64,000 nucleotides of DNA from an uncultured bacterium (GCA_964389325.1 CAYMEN010000006.1:84357-148356), one strand, 5' to 3'. Counted from the stretch's first letter, positions 9,392 through 18,772 are shown. Program-made: numbers and translations. Notes: generated by a model from the letters alone, not told the origin.

Positions 9392-9412
9392 TCCTGAATG
9401 TGTGCGGCGGGG

Positions 9413-10279
9413 CTATTTTTTCGCCGGCGGGAAGAGCTTTCCGAGAGGGGTGATATAGTTGTTGCGATCGATGGTGACGGACGAAGGATCGAACACGCCG
9501 AGCTTGATGTAGGATTTCGGGAGAATGGTGGGGAAAGAGGCCTTCGGGTTCACCACATGGTTCCCGAGGAGCTTCAGGCGGAGCCGCTGTGCGGGGGGCA
9601 GAACCGAGTTGATCATCTCGACCTGGTGGGTGACGCAGCTGTTCGCAAGGGTGTTGTAGTAATCATCGGGCCGTTCCCGGGCGCCTTCCAGAACGGCCGT
9701 CCGGGTGAACGCGATCTTCTGTTCCGGGGTCAGTCGGAGCCGGTAGGCCTGGAGCTTGCGACCGTCGACGCCGCACTCGAGCATGGAATAGTCTTCCCAG
9801 GTCGAGACGACCGCAATGTTCGGGTACACCTTGTGGGTGCCCTTCCAGATGAAATCGATCGTCTGGTTGGGATACCGGTAAGCCTCGAAGGAAACGACCA
9901 GGCCTTCGGCCTGTTCCCCGCGCGGGCCGGTGAAGCCGCCCGGTTTGAAGGTCATGACGATGTAGCCGTGCCCGAACAGCCATTCGGGCGGAAACGGCTT
10001 GAGGATGAAATACACCTCGTCCGTCAGCCGGGGGTCGATGACAGCCTGGCCGCTGGCGAAGACTCTCTCATCGCGGGGAGCCGTGGGGGCGTTGAGCAGA
10101 CGGCCGCGGATGTTGCCGATCGTCAGCAGATCGCCTTCCGTCGCGACCAGCACCGCACGCCCGGTCGGCCCGTGATCGGCACAGGACGGCCCGGCAATCG
10201 TGCCGGCAAGCAGCGGAAAGCCCGCGAGGACGAGAAAGAGAACCGCCAGACCGATCCGATCCATCCATCTTCCAGACAT
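9413..10279 (-). CDS. Secreted DUF4105-like protein (lipoprotein N-terminal domain family), hypothetical.
   Basis: Start at MSGRWMDRIGLAVLFLVLAGFPLLAG (signal) with RBS GGAGGG 5 nt upstream. The DUF4105 assignment comes from overall pattern recognition (YYNTLANSCVTH region) and is moderate only. Confidence 0.55.
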   Translation of the reverse strand: MSGRWMDRIGLAVLFLVLAGFPLLAGTIAGPSCADHGPTGRAVLVATEGDLLTIGNIRGRLLNAPTAPRDERVFASGQAVIDPRLTDEVYFILKPFPPEWLFGHGYIVMTFKPGGFTGPRGEQAEGLVVSFEAYRYPNQTIDFIWKGTHKVYPNIAVVSTWEDYSMLECGVDGRKLQAYRLRLTPEQKIAFTRTAVLEGARERPDDYYNTLANSCVTHQVEMINSVLPPAQRLRLKLLGNHVVNPKASFPTILPKSYIKLGVFDPSSVTIDRNNYITPLGKLFPPAKK

Positions 10280-10499
10280 CGTTCCCTCCGCCTTGGCCAT
10301 AGAATGAGAATCTCTTATTGCAAGCAACGGATATGCCACCTGTACAGATGCGGAGACAGGCCATGGAAGCGAGTCCGTACATTCCGGAGTGCTGAATTTT
10401 CGGCCGCTTCTTTTCCCGTGAAAACAGTGTCACCCGCATCCGAACAGTGTTTTCCAGCCCCCTGCGTCTCCGCCCAAAATCCGGCAGGCATGAAACCGG

Positions 10500-11246
10500 T
10501 CATTTCCAGGAAAACTGAACGGTTCCGTTGTCCGTGCCGCCCGTATTCTTCCAGGTGCCTTCCGCGCGCCCCTGCAAAACCGTCACGGTGTATGAACCGT
10601 TCAGGCCGGCACGCGCTTTTTTGCCGCCGGGCAGTTCGGTGAATTCCAGCGTTCCGCCTTTCAGCGTCCCCTGAATTTTCACCTGGGCCCCGAGCGTCTT
10701 CCAGGTGATCTGGCCGGTGAGCACGCCCGTCGTTTCCTTCAACTCGGTGATCCGCAGAACGAAGGGCCAGGCCTTGCCGCTTTTCTGCGAAGTCGCCTCG
10801 CCGGAAAGATCGTTCTTCAGGGGCAGGACAACCGCCTGTTGCGGCTGGTCCTCCATGATTTCCTCCATGCTCGCCGAGCCGAGATCGCCGCCAGGGCCGG
10901 TCCAGTCGCCCTCCCAGCGGTTTCCACTTTTCTGAAGGCGGTAGGCAACGTTCAGGCGGCCTTTGCCCTGCTTGACAGCCGCCGTCTCGGTGAACTCGAG
11001 AATATCCCCCTGGAGCGTTCCCGTGAAGGTGTGAACGGCATCGAGCGACTTCCAGGTGATCTGCCCCGCGATCTCGCCCGTCGACTCGTCCAGGGAGGTG
11101 ATCCTCAAGACGAACGGCCAGAACTTGCCCAGTGATTTCGACTGCGAGACACCAAAGAAGTCTGTGTTCAGGGGAATAGCAGATGTCATCAGCGAAATTC
11201 CAAGAAATGCCGTCACCAGAACACCGATCCATAATCGTCGGTCCAT
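10500..11246 (-). CDS. Secreted hypothetical protein made of two tandem ~100-aa internal repeats.
   Basis: Signal peptide MDRRLWIGVLVTAFLGISLMTSA. Repeat 1 is KSLGKFWPFVLRITSLDESTGEIAGQITWKSL...GTLQGDILEFTE. Repeat 2 is KSGKAWPFVLRITELKETTGVLTGQITWKTL...GTLKGGTLEFTE. The start is placed at 11246, not the longer ORF start at 11615. Confidence 0.6.
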   Translation of the reverse strand: MDRRLWIGVLVTAFLGISLMTSAIPLNTDFFGVSQSKSLGKFWPFVLRITSLDESTGEIAGQITWKSLDAVHTFTGTLQGDILEFTETAAVKQGKGRLNVAYRLQKSGNRWEGDWTGPGGDLGSASMEEIMEDQPQQAVVLPLKNDLSGEATSQKSGKAWPFVLRITELKETTGVLTGQITWKTLGAQVKIQGTLKGGTLEFTELPGGKKARAGLNGSYTVTVLQGRAEGTWKNTGGTDNGTVQFSWK

Positions 11247-11549
11247 GTGCCCTCCTTCACGCTGTTCACGGCATGTTCTTACCGGACACGCCGCCCGCCC
11301 GTGCGCCCAGGACAGACACATCATGCACGGCTCCCGTGAGCATAGCGAAGCAGCCTCCTTCCTGCAACCGGCCAGGCAGGAATTCCGGGGACGCGTTCCC
11401 TGATTCCATGACGCACCTCCGGACTCAGCGACGGCTGGTATACTGTCCGTGGCGATCTCGAATGAAATCATTCGCTCGCGGCACACGTTTCCAAAGCATG
11501 AGCTGTTCTGGAACACAGGCTGTTTCCAGCCCCACTCTCGGAGGGAGCC

Positions 11550-12518
11550 ATGAATCGACCCGATCGTTCGAACGAAGAAGTGAGCCTTGATGTACTTGCT
11601 GGTATATTTCCACAACTCGGTCCGCTCGCACGACTTTTCGGGGGTGGAAAAACGGCATATACACGTCGCACGGCCCCGATCGGCATCGCGATCCAGCTTG
11701 CCGCCGCCGCCGTTGCGGCATGCCTGTTCATGGTGCTTGTCTGGATCAGCTCGAAATTCAACATTTCCGTCTCAAAAGGAAGCCCGCTTGTCGTGTTCTT
11801 CGCCCTCCCTGCCATGTTCGTCATCCTGGTGAGCCTGAACAATGCGTTTGATCTGTTCTATCTGTTTCTGACCGGCATTCGCTCCGCCGACGGCGGGCCT
11901 GACGCCACCGTCATACGCGTCGTTCTGCTGGTCATGGGATTCGTTGGAAGTCTCATCGGGGCGGGATACGCATTTTTCGCCATCGAGACGTTATCCGGAG
12001 AAATGGCGAAGCAGGCCAGGTTGCGGGAGGAGCAGAAAACCTATTTTTCCCACCTGGACAAGGGTCGGGAGGCGTGGAATGCCTTCATCACCGCCACCCC
12101 CATGCATCGGATAGACTTCAGCCATGCCGACCTCTCCAGGCGCACCTTCAAAGGATTCTTTTTCACGTTTGTCAGGTTCGATCACGCCAATCTGACGGAC
12201 ACCGTGTTCGAAGACTGCATGCTCCAGAGCGCCTATTTCGACGATGCGACATGCCTGCGCACCAGCTTCAAGGACTCGTATCTCAGGCTCGCGGACTTCA
12301 TCAGGACCGACCTCACCGGTGCGCGTCTTGAAGGGGCTTTTGGCGAAGCCAGTGATTTCAAACAGGCCAGGATCGATCCGGAAGAGCTGAAGAACCTGCG
12401 CACACCCAACGGCTCACACTGGCACAATACGAGCTGGCAGGATTTTCATCCTCCGGAATGGCTGCGCGAAAGGGGGTATTTCGTTCCCGATAAACCGATG
12501 GCGGAAAAACACAAGTGA
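11550..12518 (+). CDS. Membrane-anchored pentapeptide-repeat protein.
   Basis: RBS GGAGGGAG. Three or four N-terminal TM helices, then a C-terminal run of A(D/N)LXX pentapeptide repeats (FSHADLSRRTFKGFFFTFVRFDHANLTDTVFEDCMLQSAYFDDATCLRTSFKDSYLRLADFIRTDLTGARLEGAFGEASDFKQARI). Confidence 0.75.
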   Translation: MNRPDRSNEEVSLDVLAGIFPQLGPLARLFGGGKTAYTRRTAPIGIAIQLAAAAVAACLFMVLVWISSKFNISVSKGSPLVVFFALPAMFVILVSLNNAFDLFYLFLTGIRSADGGPDATVIRVVLLVMGFVGSLIGAGYAFFAIETLSGEMAKQARLREEQKTYFSHLDKGREAWNAFITATPMHRIDFSHADLSRRTFKGFFFTFVRFDHANLTDTVFEDCMLQSAYFDDATCLRTSFKDSYLRLADFIRTDLTGARLEGAFGEASDFKQARIDPEELKNLRTPNGSHWHNTSWQDFHPPEWLRERGYFVPDKPMAEKHK

Positions 12519-12616
12519 GCGCCGTCAACATCCTCAGACCGGTTCATATATTTTATATACTTTATAAGTATCGAGATAGGATGAGCGGTTCGCAATACAT
12601 ACAGGGAGGCAATCTC

Positions 12617-14221
12617 ATGAGGCTCTTTCTCGTCGTTCTGATCGCAGGAATCTGGCTCGCGACCGGCATGCGCGTCTGCGCCGAGCCGTCCAAGTGGTCG
12701 GCCATGAACGTTTACGACCAGGCCCGGGAGCAGGAACTGGCAGCCCGCGCCGCCGACTGGCGCAACGGGCCGGTCGTCTACCAGGTCATCGTCGACCGGT
12801 TCTCGCCGTCCTCCGACCTCGCGAAGAAGAAGCCCCTGTATTCGGCGCCCAGACGCCTCCGCGACTGGCAGGAAACGCCGAAGACCGGTTCCTACCTGAA
12901 AAAAGAAGGCGTCTGGTCGCACGAGGTCGATTTCTGGGGCGGCGATCTCAAGAGCCTGCTCGGCAGCGTCGGTTACATCCAGGAACTGGGCGTCGACGTC
13001 GTCTACCTGAACCCGGTCTTTTCCTCGCTGACGAACCACAAGTACGACGCGTGGGACTACCACAAGGTCGACCCCGTCTACGGTTCGCGCGCAGACCTCG
13101 CGGCGCTGGCGGCCGACCTGCACCGGCGCGGCCTGCGGCTCGTGCTGGACGGCGTTTTCAACCACATGGGCCGGCGCAGCGCGATGTTCGAGGAGGCGCT
13201 CCGCAACCCGCGCAGCCGATGGCGGCCCTTCTTCAAGTTCTCCGAAACATCCGATCGCGGATATATCGGCTGGTATGATGTCGAGAACCTTCCCGAGCTG
13301 AACCTCGAGAACCCCGACGTCCAGAAGTACATCTACGGGGCTCCGGACTCGGTGGTCCAGTCGTATCTGCTGAAGGAGGAAATCGACGGCTGGCGGCTCG
13401 ACGTGGCGTTCGACCTCGGCTTCCGCTACCTGACCGACCTCACCCAGGCCGCGCACACGGCGAAACCCGGCTCGCTGATCATCGGCGAGATCTGGAACTA
13501 CCCCGAAGAATGGTACCCGGCCGTCGACGGCGTCATGAATATGCACGGCCGGAAGCTTCTGCTGACCATGCTCGAAGGGCGCCTGTCGGGCCCGATGTGC
13601 AGCGAGATGTGGGAAACCTCGATCGCGGATGCCGGCATGGACCACATCCTGAAAAGCTGGCTGGTGCTCGACAACCACGACACGCCCCGCCTGCCGAACC
13701 TGCTCCCCCAGGTCTGGCAGCAGAAGATGGCCCGGATGCTCCAGTTCACCCTCCCCGGCGCGGTCTGCCTGTATTACGGCAGCGAGCTCGGCATGGCCGG
13801 CGGCGAAGACCCTGAGCAGCGCGCGCCCATGCGGTGGGACCTGGTCTCCCCCGAAAACGAGATCCTCGCGCTTCACCGCCGGCTGCTGAAACTGCGCCGC
13901 GCCGAACCGGCCCTGCGCTACGGCGATTTCCGGCGACTCCATTCCGAGAACCTGTTCGCCTTCCTGCGCCGCACCACCTCGGTGCGCGAGACCGTCGTCA
14001 TCCTCGCCAACCCGACGAACCACCCCGTCAAGGAGCTGATCCAACTCCGCGAAAGCAAGTTCCAGGACGTCACGCCCCTGCGCGACCAGCTCTCCGACAG
14101 AACGTTCACCGTCTTCTCCGGAACCGTCGACGTCGAGGTGCCCGCCCGCTCCGTCCTCATTCTCAAGGCCGACACCGCCGACTACCCCCACGGCTACAAC
14201 CGCTACGATCGTATCTATTGA
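12617..14221 (+). CDS. Secreted glycoside hydrolase family 13 (alpha-amylase family) enzyme.
   Basis: Start MRLFLVVLIAGIWLATG (signal) with RBS AGGGAGG upstream; the ORF track starts earlier at 12515. GH13 regions are YQVIVDRF, DFWGGDL, GVDVVYLNPVF, LVLDGVFNHMG, GWRLDVAFD, IIGEIWN and LDNHDTPR. Confidence 0.85.
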   Translation: MRLFLVVLIAGIWLATGMRVCAEPSKWSAMNVYDQAREQELAARAADWRNGPVVYQVIVDRFSPSSDLAKKKPLYSAPRRLRDWQETPKTGSYLKKEGVWSHEVDFWGGDLKSLLGSVGYIQELGVDVVYLNPVFSSLTNHKYDAWDYHKVDPVYGSRADLAALAADLHRRGLRLVLDGVFNHMGRRSAMFEEALRNPRSRWRPFFKFSETSDRGYIGWYDVENLPELNLENPDVQKYIYGAPDSVVQSYLLKEEIDGWRLDVAFDLGFRYLTDLTQAAHTAKPGSLIIGEIWNYPEEWYPAVDGVMNMHGRKLLLTMLEGRLSGPMCSEMWETSIADAGMDHILKSWLVLDNHDTPRLPNLLPQVWQQKMARMLQFTLPGAVCLYYGSELGMAGGEDPEQRAPMRWDLVSPENEILALHRRLLKLRRAEPALRYGDFRRLHSENLFAFLRRTTSVRETVVILANPTNHPVKELIQLRESKFQDVTPLRDQLSDRTFTVFSGTVDVEVPARSVLILKADTADYPHGYNRYDRIY

Positions 14222-14313
14222 TCCGGGCCTTACAAACATTTACATCCGCCGCCGGCGGAATGCGTTTACAGCTCCGGATTCCATGCGGTACGATCTCACC
14301 AGGAGAATGAACG

Positions 14314-15303
14314 ATGAAACGATATGTGCTCATGCTGACCCTGATGCTCGTGGCGTCGCCCGCCTGGGCGTTGTTCTGCCAGTATTGCGGCAATTCGATG
14401 GCCGACGATGCACGTTTCTGCCCGAAATGCGGCAGACAGCATGCCGTGCCGTCGTCTCAACCAGCCGCTCAACCCGCGACACCGGCGCCGGTGACCGTGG
14501 CGCCCGACAAGCCCGCCGCGCCGGTCGTGATCGCGGCGCCGACGGAGCTTCCCGCCGCTCCCTACGAGACGATCAACCGGTACGAGTCGCTGCTCACCTC
14601 GTCGGGCCAGGCATGGTCGTCGGGCACGGCGGCCGAGCATCGGTTCCGCATCTCGTCGGCGCTCCAGCAGGCCGGTTCCGAGGCTCCCCGGTTCACCCCC
14701 GCCATGCAGCGGCTGCACAATTTATACGTATCGAAATATGATCTTCTCGGCCGGTACGACAGCGCCTGTGTGCGCAGCGCGAGAGGCCCCGGACGGATCG
14801 AGGCCGACGCCGAGAAGGAGAAGCTCCTGTTCACGCTCGCCCGCACGAACGAGATGATCTCGTATCTGAAAGACCGCCTCTCCGACCCGGCGGCCCCCGC
14901 CAGGGTCGACGAGATGCAGAAGTCCCTCGACGAGGCCGTGCGGGAACACCGCGTCACCGCTCCCTATCTGCGGCTCGACGGATACCGGGTGAAGCAGGGA
15001 CAACGCCTCTGGGTCATGGATATCGTCGACGAGCGCGTCATGGTCCTGGTCCTCGACGACTGCGGCGCCCGCAAACCGCTCGTCGGCTGGCTTTCGCTGG
15101 GCGATCTCGAACGCCGTTCGACCTACCGGCGCCCCGCCTCCTGGGTCGCCCCCGTCCAGCGCGTCGAAAAAGAAGTCGTCATCGTCGGCCACACCTGGTG
15201 GTGGCCCGGCTGGCCACACCCGCGCCATCCCCGGTACCCGCACCGCGACCGTTGTCACGACCGCCACGACCGGCACGATTGCGACCACCACCACCGGCAC
15301 TGA
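14314..15303 (+). CDS. Hypothetical exported protein with an N-terminal zinc ribbon, an SH3-like region and a histidine-rich C-terminal tail.
   Basis: RBS AGGAGAA. Signal-like MKRYVLMLTLMLVASPAWA, then CQYCGNSMADDARFCPKCG (CxxC...CxxC). The C-terminal tail is HTWWWPGWPHPRHPRYPHRDRCHDRHDRHDCDHHHRH. Confidence 0.55.
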   Translation: MKRYVLMLTLMLVASPAWALFCQYCGNSMADDARFCPKCGRQHAVPSSQPAAQPATPAPVTVAPDKPAAPVVIAAPTELPAAPYETINRYESLLTSSGQAWSSGTAAEHRFRISSALQQAGSEAPRFTPAMQRLHNLYVSKYDLLGRYDSACVRSARGPGRIEADAEKEKLLFTLARTNEMISYLKDRLSDPAAPARVDEMQKSLDEAVREHRVTAPYLRLDGYRVKQGQRLWVMDIVDERVMVLVLDDCGARKPLVGWLSLGDLERRSTYRRPASWVAPVQRVEKEVVIVGHTWWWPGWPHPRHPRYPHRDRCHDRHDRHDCDHHHRH

Positions 15304-15477
15304 CCGCCAGGGCGGCTTCAGGAAAGCATCCGTAGATTGAGGGCAGATGCAAGCCAGATGAAGGACAGTGAATATCCCCGAGATCTTCTGTTTTGGACAT
15401 GATCCGGAATGCAGGAAAAAATAGTTTTCAGGATTTCATCTGCGCCATCTGCTTCATCATCGATCCTCTGCGGATCG

Positions 15478-15580
15478 GTTCTCAGGACGACATACACGAA
15501 GAGCACGGGGGCATCACCAAGAAAAGGACATTCGCTGTGACGCCTCCGTGTGCTTTGCGTCCTCTGTGATAAGCGTCATT
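15478..15580 (+). repeat. Copy A of a dispersed intergenic repeat family (MITE-like or structured-RNA-like).
   Basis: The core CCTCCGTGTGCTTTGCGTCCTCTGTGATAAG at 15543-15573 matches copies at 33648-33680 and, less well, at 47896-47925. It lies in a convergent intergenic gap. Confidence 0.6.
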
Positions 15581-16994
15581 TCCGGGCCACCACGATGAGG
15601 GAGAGGCCTTTCCACGGAATCAGCCGGTCGACGAACCGGAACAGCCAGACGAGGTGGTCGTAGACCTTCATCGAGAGCTTGCCGATCGAGCCGCTTCCGA
15701 GAAGTTTTCCCACGAACAGCCAACCGATCACGCCGGGCTTGTTGAAATCGAGCATCTTCTCGACCCCGAAGCCCGCCTGGGCGAGTTTCTGCCCGATATC
15801 CTCCCGCGAATACCTGCGCAGGTGGCCAACCGCCCGGTCGAGCGAGCCGGCGTATTCCGGACATTGCGGCAGGAGCAGAACGAGGCTGCCGCCCGGCCCA
15901 AGCGTGTCGTATGCCCGCCGCAGGGCCGCCGCGTCGTCCTCGATGAACTCCAGCGTGTTCAGGCACAGGAGCGTTTCCTGCGTTCCCTTCAGTCCCTCGA
16001 AATGAGCGGCGTCGTTCAGATCGAGTGTCCGGATGCCGACGCGGTCGTCGTTTCTGAACATCGACCGGAGCGTTTCGAGCGCCAAAGGTTTTATTTCACA
16101 TGCAATATATTCATCGCGCGGTAGGAAGCGGCTGGTCAGGTTCCCGATGCCGGCTCCGATTTCCATGACCCTCCGGCCGAGGAACGGCCTGATGACGTCG
16201 GCCAGCCACCGGTTGAAGCGGGGCGCCAGTCGCACGTTATGCAGGACGTCCTGGGCGGACGGAGTGTAACAGTCGTCGATCAGCCAATACTTAAAAATAT
16301 AATATAAGGCCCAGAAGCCGTCCTTCCAGGTGATCTTTTTGCCCTCGTCGTAGGTGCGGCCCTTGTAGGAGATGGGCACCTCGTAGACGCGCAGATTCCG
16401 CTTGGCGACCTTGGCGGTGAGCTCCGGCTCGAGGCCGAACCCCGACGACCGGATCGGAATGCTCTTGAGCAGCGGCGCCCGGAACATCTTGTAGCAGGTT
16501 TCCATGTCGGTGATCGTGAGGTCGGTGAACATGTTCGACAGGTTCGTCAGGCCCCAGTTCATCAGCGAGTGCCAGAAGTACAGCACGCGCCGGTAGTCGG
16601 CGGCGAGATACCGCGAGCCGAACACGACGTCGGCATCGCCTTCGAAGATCGGCCGGATCAGCTTCGGGAACTCGGCCGGCTCGTATTCCAGGTCGGCGTC
16701 CTGGATCACGATCACCTCGCCGTCGGCGCGATCGATGCCCGTCCTGATCGCCCCGGCCTTGCCCTGGTTCTTTTCGTGGAACACCGGCAGGATCTGCGGA
16801 TGCAGCCGCGCCTGGTCCGTGATGATCTCGCGGGAGCCGTCCGTCGAGCCGTCGTCGACGATCACGAGCTGGATGGCGGCGATTCCCGGCTTGCCTTCCT
16901 GCTCCAGGACCTTTGCAATGACCTTCGCAAGCGTGAATCGCTCGTTGTAGACCGGCATGATGACCGAAAGTCGGAACGGCGCGTGGCTTCCCAT
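15576..16994 (-). CDS. Bifunctional glycosyltransferase family 2 (DPM1-like) fused to a class I SAM-dependent methyltransferase.
   Basis: Start MGSHAPFRLSVIMPVYNE with RBS AGGAG 5 nt upstream. The GT2 motifs are VIVDDGSTDGS and IVIQDADLEY (the DxD region). The MT motif is VMEIGAGIGNLTSRF. The 360-aa N-terminal extension of the ORF-track call (to 18083) is antisense to the EamA gene and is rejected. Confidence 0.8.
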   Translation of the reverse strand: MGSHAPFRLSVIMPVYNERFTLAKVIAKVLEQEGKPGIAAIQLVIVDDGSTDGSREIITDQARLHPQILPVFHEKNQGKAGAIRTGIDRADGEVIVIQDADLEYEPAEFPKLIRPIFEGDADVVFGSRYLAADYRRVLYFWHSLMNWGLTNLSNMFTDLTITDMETCYKMFRAPLLKSIPIRSSGFGLEPELTAKVAKRNLRVYEVPISYKGRTYDEGKKITWKDGFWALYYIFKYWLIDDCYTPSAQDVLHNVRLAPRFNRWLADVIRPFLGRRVMEIGAGIGNLTSRFLPRDEYIACEIKPLALETLRSMFRNDDRVGIRTLDLNDAAHFEGLKGTQETLLCLNTLEFIEDDAAALRRAYDTLGPGGSLVLLLPQCPEYAGSLDRAVGHLRRYSREDIGQKLAQAGFGVEKMLDFNKPGVIGWLFVGKLLGSGSIGKLSMKVYDHLVWLFRFVDRLIPWKGLSLIVVARK

Positions 16995-17093
16995 GTCGAC
17001 TCCTGAATCCGTTGGCTGGGCGAACGAAAAAAGTTTACGACAGAACGGTGTCGGATGCACCATGAAAAGCAACCTGCCGAAACAAGGGGGTGT

Positions 17094-18011
17094 ATGACGG
17101 CGCTCTGGAAAAAACTCCGGTTGCCGGTCCTCATAGCGGCTACTGTCCTTTCGTTCTCCGCGATCGAGGTCGTGGCGAACCCCATCCGGCTCAGCATCGA
17201 CCCGTTCCTGATGACCTTCTGGCGGTTTCTGCTGGGCGGCCTCTTCCTGCTGCCGCCGGCAGTGCCGCTCTTCCGGAAAAAGGTCCGCATGTTTTCGCCC
17301 CGCGTCGTCGCCTGGCTGGCCGCGCTCGGCGTTCTGAACGTCGTCGTCGCCATGGGCGCCCACGCGCTCTCGGTCAAATACGCGAAGGCCTCGACGGCCG
17401 CGATCCTCATCGCCGCGAACCCGATCGTCATCAACTTTCTCGGCTGGCAGCTGCTCGGGGAAGCCCTCTCGATGCGCCGCGGCCTCACACTCATTCTCGG
17501 TTTCACCGGCGTCGTCCTGGTGGCGGCGCGCCCCTCGGCGGGCGCGGATACGACGTTCGGCATCGCCGCCGGCCTCGTCGGCATGGTCACGTTCTCGCTG
17601 TACACCGTTCTCTCGAAACGGTTCGTCCAGCGGCTCGGCAGCCTGATCGTCACCGTCTCGACGTTTTTTCTCGCCTCCGCCGCATTCCTGCCCCTTCTGC
17701 TTCTCGCCGGCGTCCCGGTCTGGCCCGCGCCGAACGTCTGGCCGCGTCTGCTCGTTCTCGGTTTCATCGTTTCGGGCTTCGGCTACTACACGTTTTTCCA
17801 GGTTCTCCGCGAACTGCCCGCCGGCCGGGCAAGCCTGCTGTTCTTCGCCAAGCCGCCCGTCGCCATTCTTCTCGCCTGGCTCCTGCTGGGCGAGACCCTC
17901 ACCCCGCCAGCCATGGCCGGCACGCTCCTCGTCATGGCCGGCATCCTGTTCGACCGGCGGAAACCGCGTTCCGAAGCGACCGTTTTTCCACGCCGCTCCT
18001 CTCACGGATAA
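17094..18011 (+). CDS. EamA/DMT-family transporter (10-TM drug/metabolite exporter).
   Basis: Start MTALWKKLRLPVLIAATVLSF with RBS AAGGGGGT. Two EamA-like halves with conserved G-rich TM segments. It is divergent from the GT2-MT gene. Confidence 0.8.
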   Translation: MTALWKKLRLPVLIAATVLSFSAIEVVANPIRLSIDPFLMTFWRFLLGGLFLLPPAVPLFRKKVRMFSPRVVAWLAALGVLNVVVAMGAHALSVKYAKASTAAILIAANPIVINFLGWQLLGEALSMRRGLTLILGFTGVVLVAARPSAGADTTFGIAAGLVGMVTFSLYTVLSKRFVQRLGSLIVTVSTFFLASAAFLPLLLLAGVPVWPAPNVWPRLLVLGFIVSGFGYYTFFQVLRELPAGRASLLFFAKPPVAILLAWLLLGETLTPPAMAGTLLVMAGILFDRRKPRSEATVFPRRSSHG

Positions 18012-18070
18012 CGTTCGATATCTGACGAAAGAAACTGAATCCTGAGCCTGCTGGAAAAAAGAAGGAGACT

Positions 18071-18772
18071 TTGAATTTTCCATGTTCGAAGTGCCAACAG
18101 CCGATCGAGAAGCCGGCCGGGTTTTCTCAACCGTTCATGAAATGCCCGAACTGCGGCAACTTCTCGAAAATTCCAACTGGCACCCCTGCACCGGAATCAA
18201 AGGTGCCGGAAGCCGGGCCCAAAAAAGCGGCCTCTCCGAACAAGCCTGTCCCCTCCGCCCTCGCTTCTTCCCCACCCCCTGTGTCGAAAAAGGTCGGGAG
18301 AAAGGATTTTGTGAACGTCATCGGGGAAGATGGACTGGAGACGTTCATGAAGCTGGTGCTCGAAAACCAGTTCAGCGACAAGCCCATGACCAGGCCCCAG
18401 CTGCTGCAGACGGCGATGCGTGGGGGGCTGAACGGCGAACTGGCGGCGGCCCTGCTCCAATACTCGGAAACATCGGAAGAGGCAATCACTCTTCTGGAAA
18501 GCAAGCATTGGAATCGTTTATACATGGGTCTCGGAGCGTTGATCCTGGGAGCCGTGCTCACCGGCGGCTCCTATGTCCTGGCAAGCCCCGGAGGGACCTA
18601 CTTTGTTTTTCAAGGCCTTTTGGCAGGCGGGGTCGCGTATTCCCTGCATGCGGGGACCAAGCTGCTGGGTATATATTATCCAATATGCAAAACGACATGG
18701 TTTCAGGGGATTCTGGCGGCGGCATTCGTCCTCGCTGTCGTGGCATACATCTTTTATCTGGCCGTCATGTGA
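18071..18772 (+). CDS. Zinc-ribbon membrane protein, hypothetical, with a TTG start.
   Basis: CSKC...CPNCGNF forms a 4-Cys ribbon only if translation starts at TTG 18071, which has RBS GAAGGAGA just upstream. A Pro/Lys-rich linker follows, then three C-terminal TM helices (LGALILGAVLTGG, LLAGGVAYSL, ILAAAFVLAVVAYIFYL). Confidence 0.5.
   Translation: MNFPCSKCQQPIEKPAGFSQPFMKCPNCGNFSKIPTGTPAPESKVPEAGPKKAASPNKPVPSALASSPPPVSKKVGRKDFVNVIGEDGLETFMKLVLENQFSDKPMTRPQLLQTAMRGGLNGELAAALLQYSETSEEAITLLESKHWNRLYMGLGALILGAVLTGGSYVLASPGGTYFVFQGLLAGGVAYSLHAGTKLLGIYYPICKTTWFQGILAAAFVLAVVAYIFYLAVM

Noticed and set aside
12446-14239. 597-aa minus-strand ORF opposite the GH13 gene
   Set aside because: It covers exactly the GH13 coding region on the opposite strand and has a low-complexity G/R/D/V-rich translation. 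It is a shadow ORF.
16995-18083. N-terminal 360-aa extension of the ORF-track call 15576..18083
   Set aside because: The extension is antisense to the EamA transporter gene and highly charged or low-complexity. The GT2 domain begins at the internal ATG 16994, which has a strong RBS.
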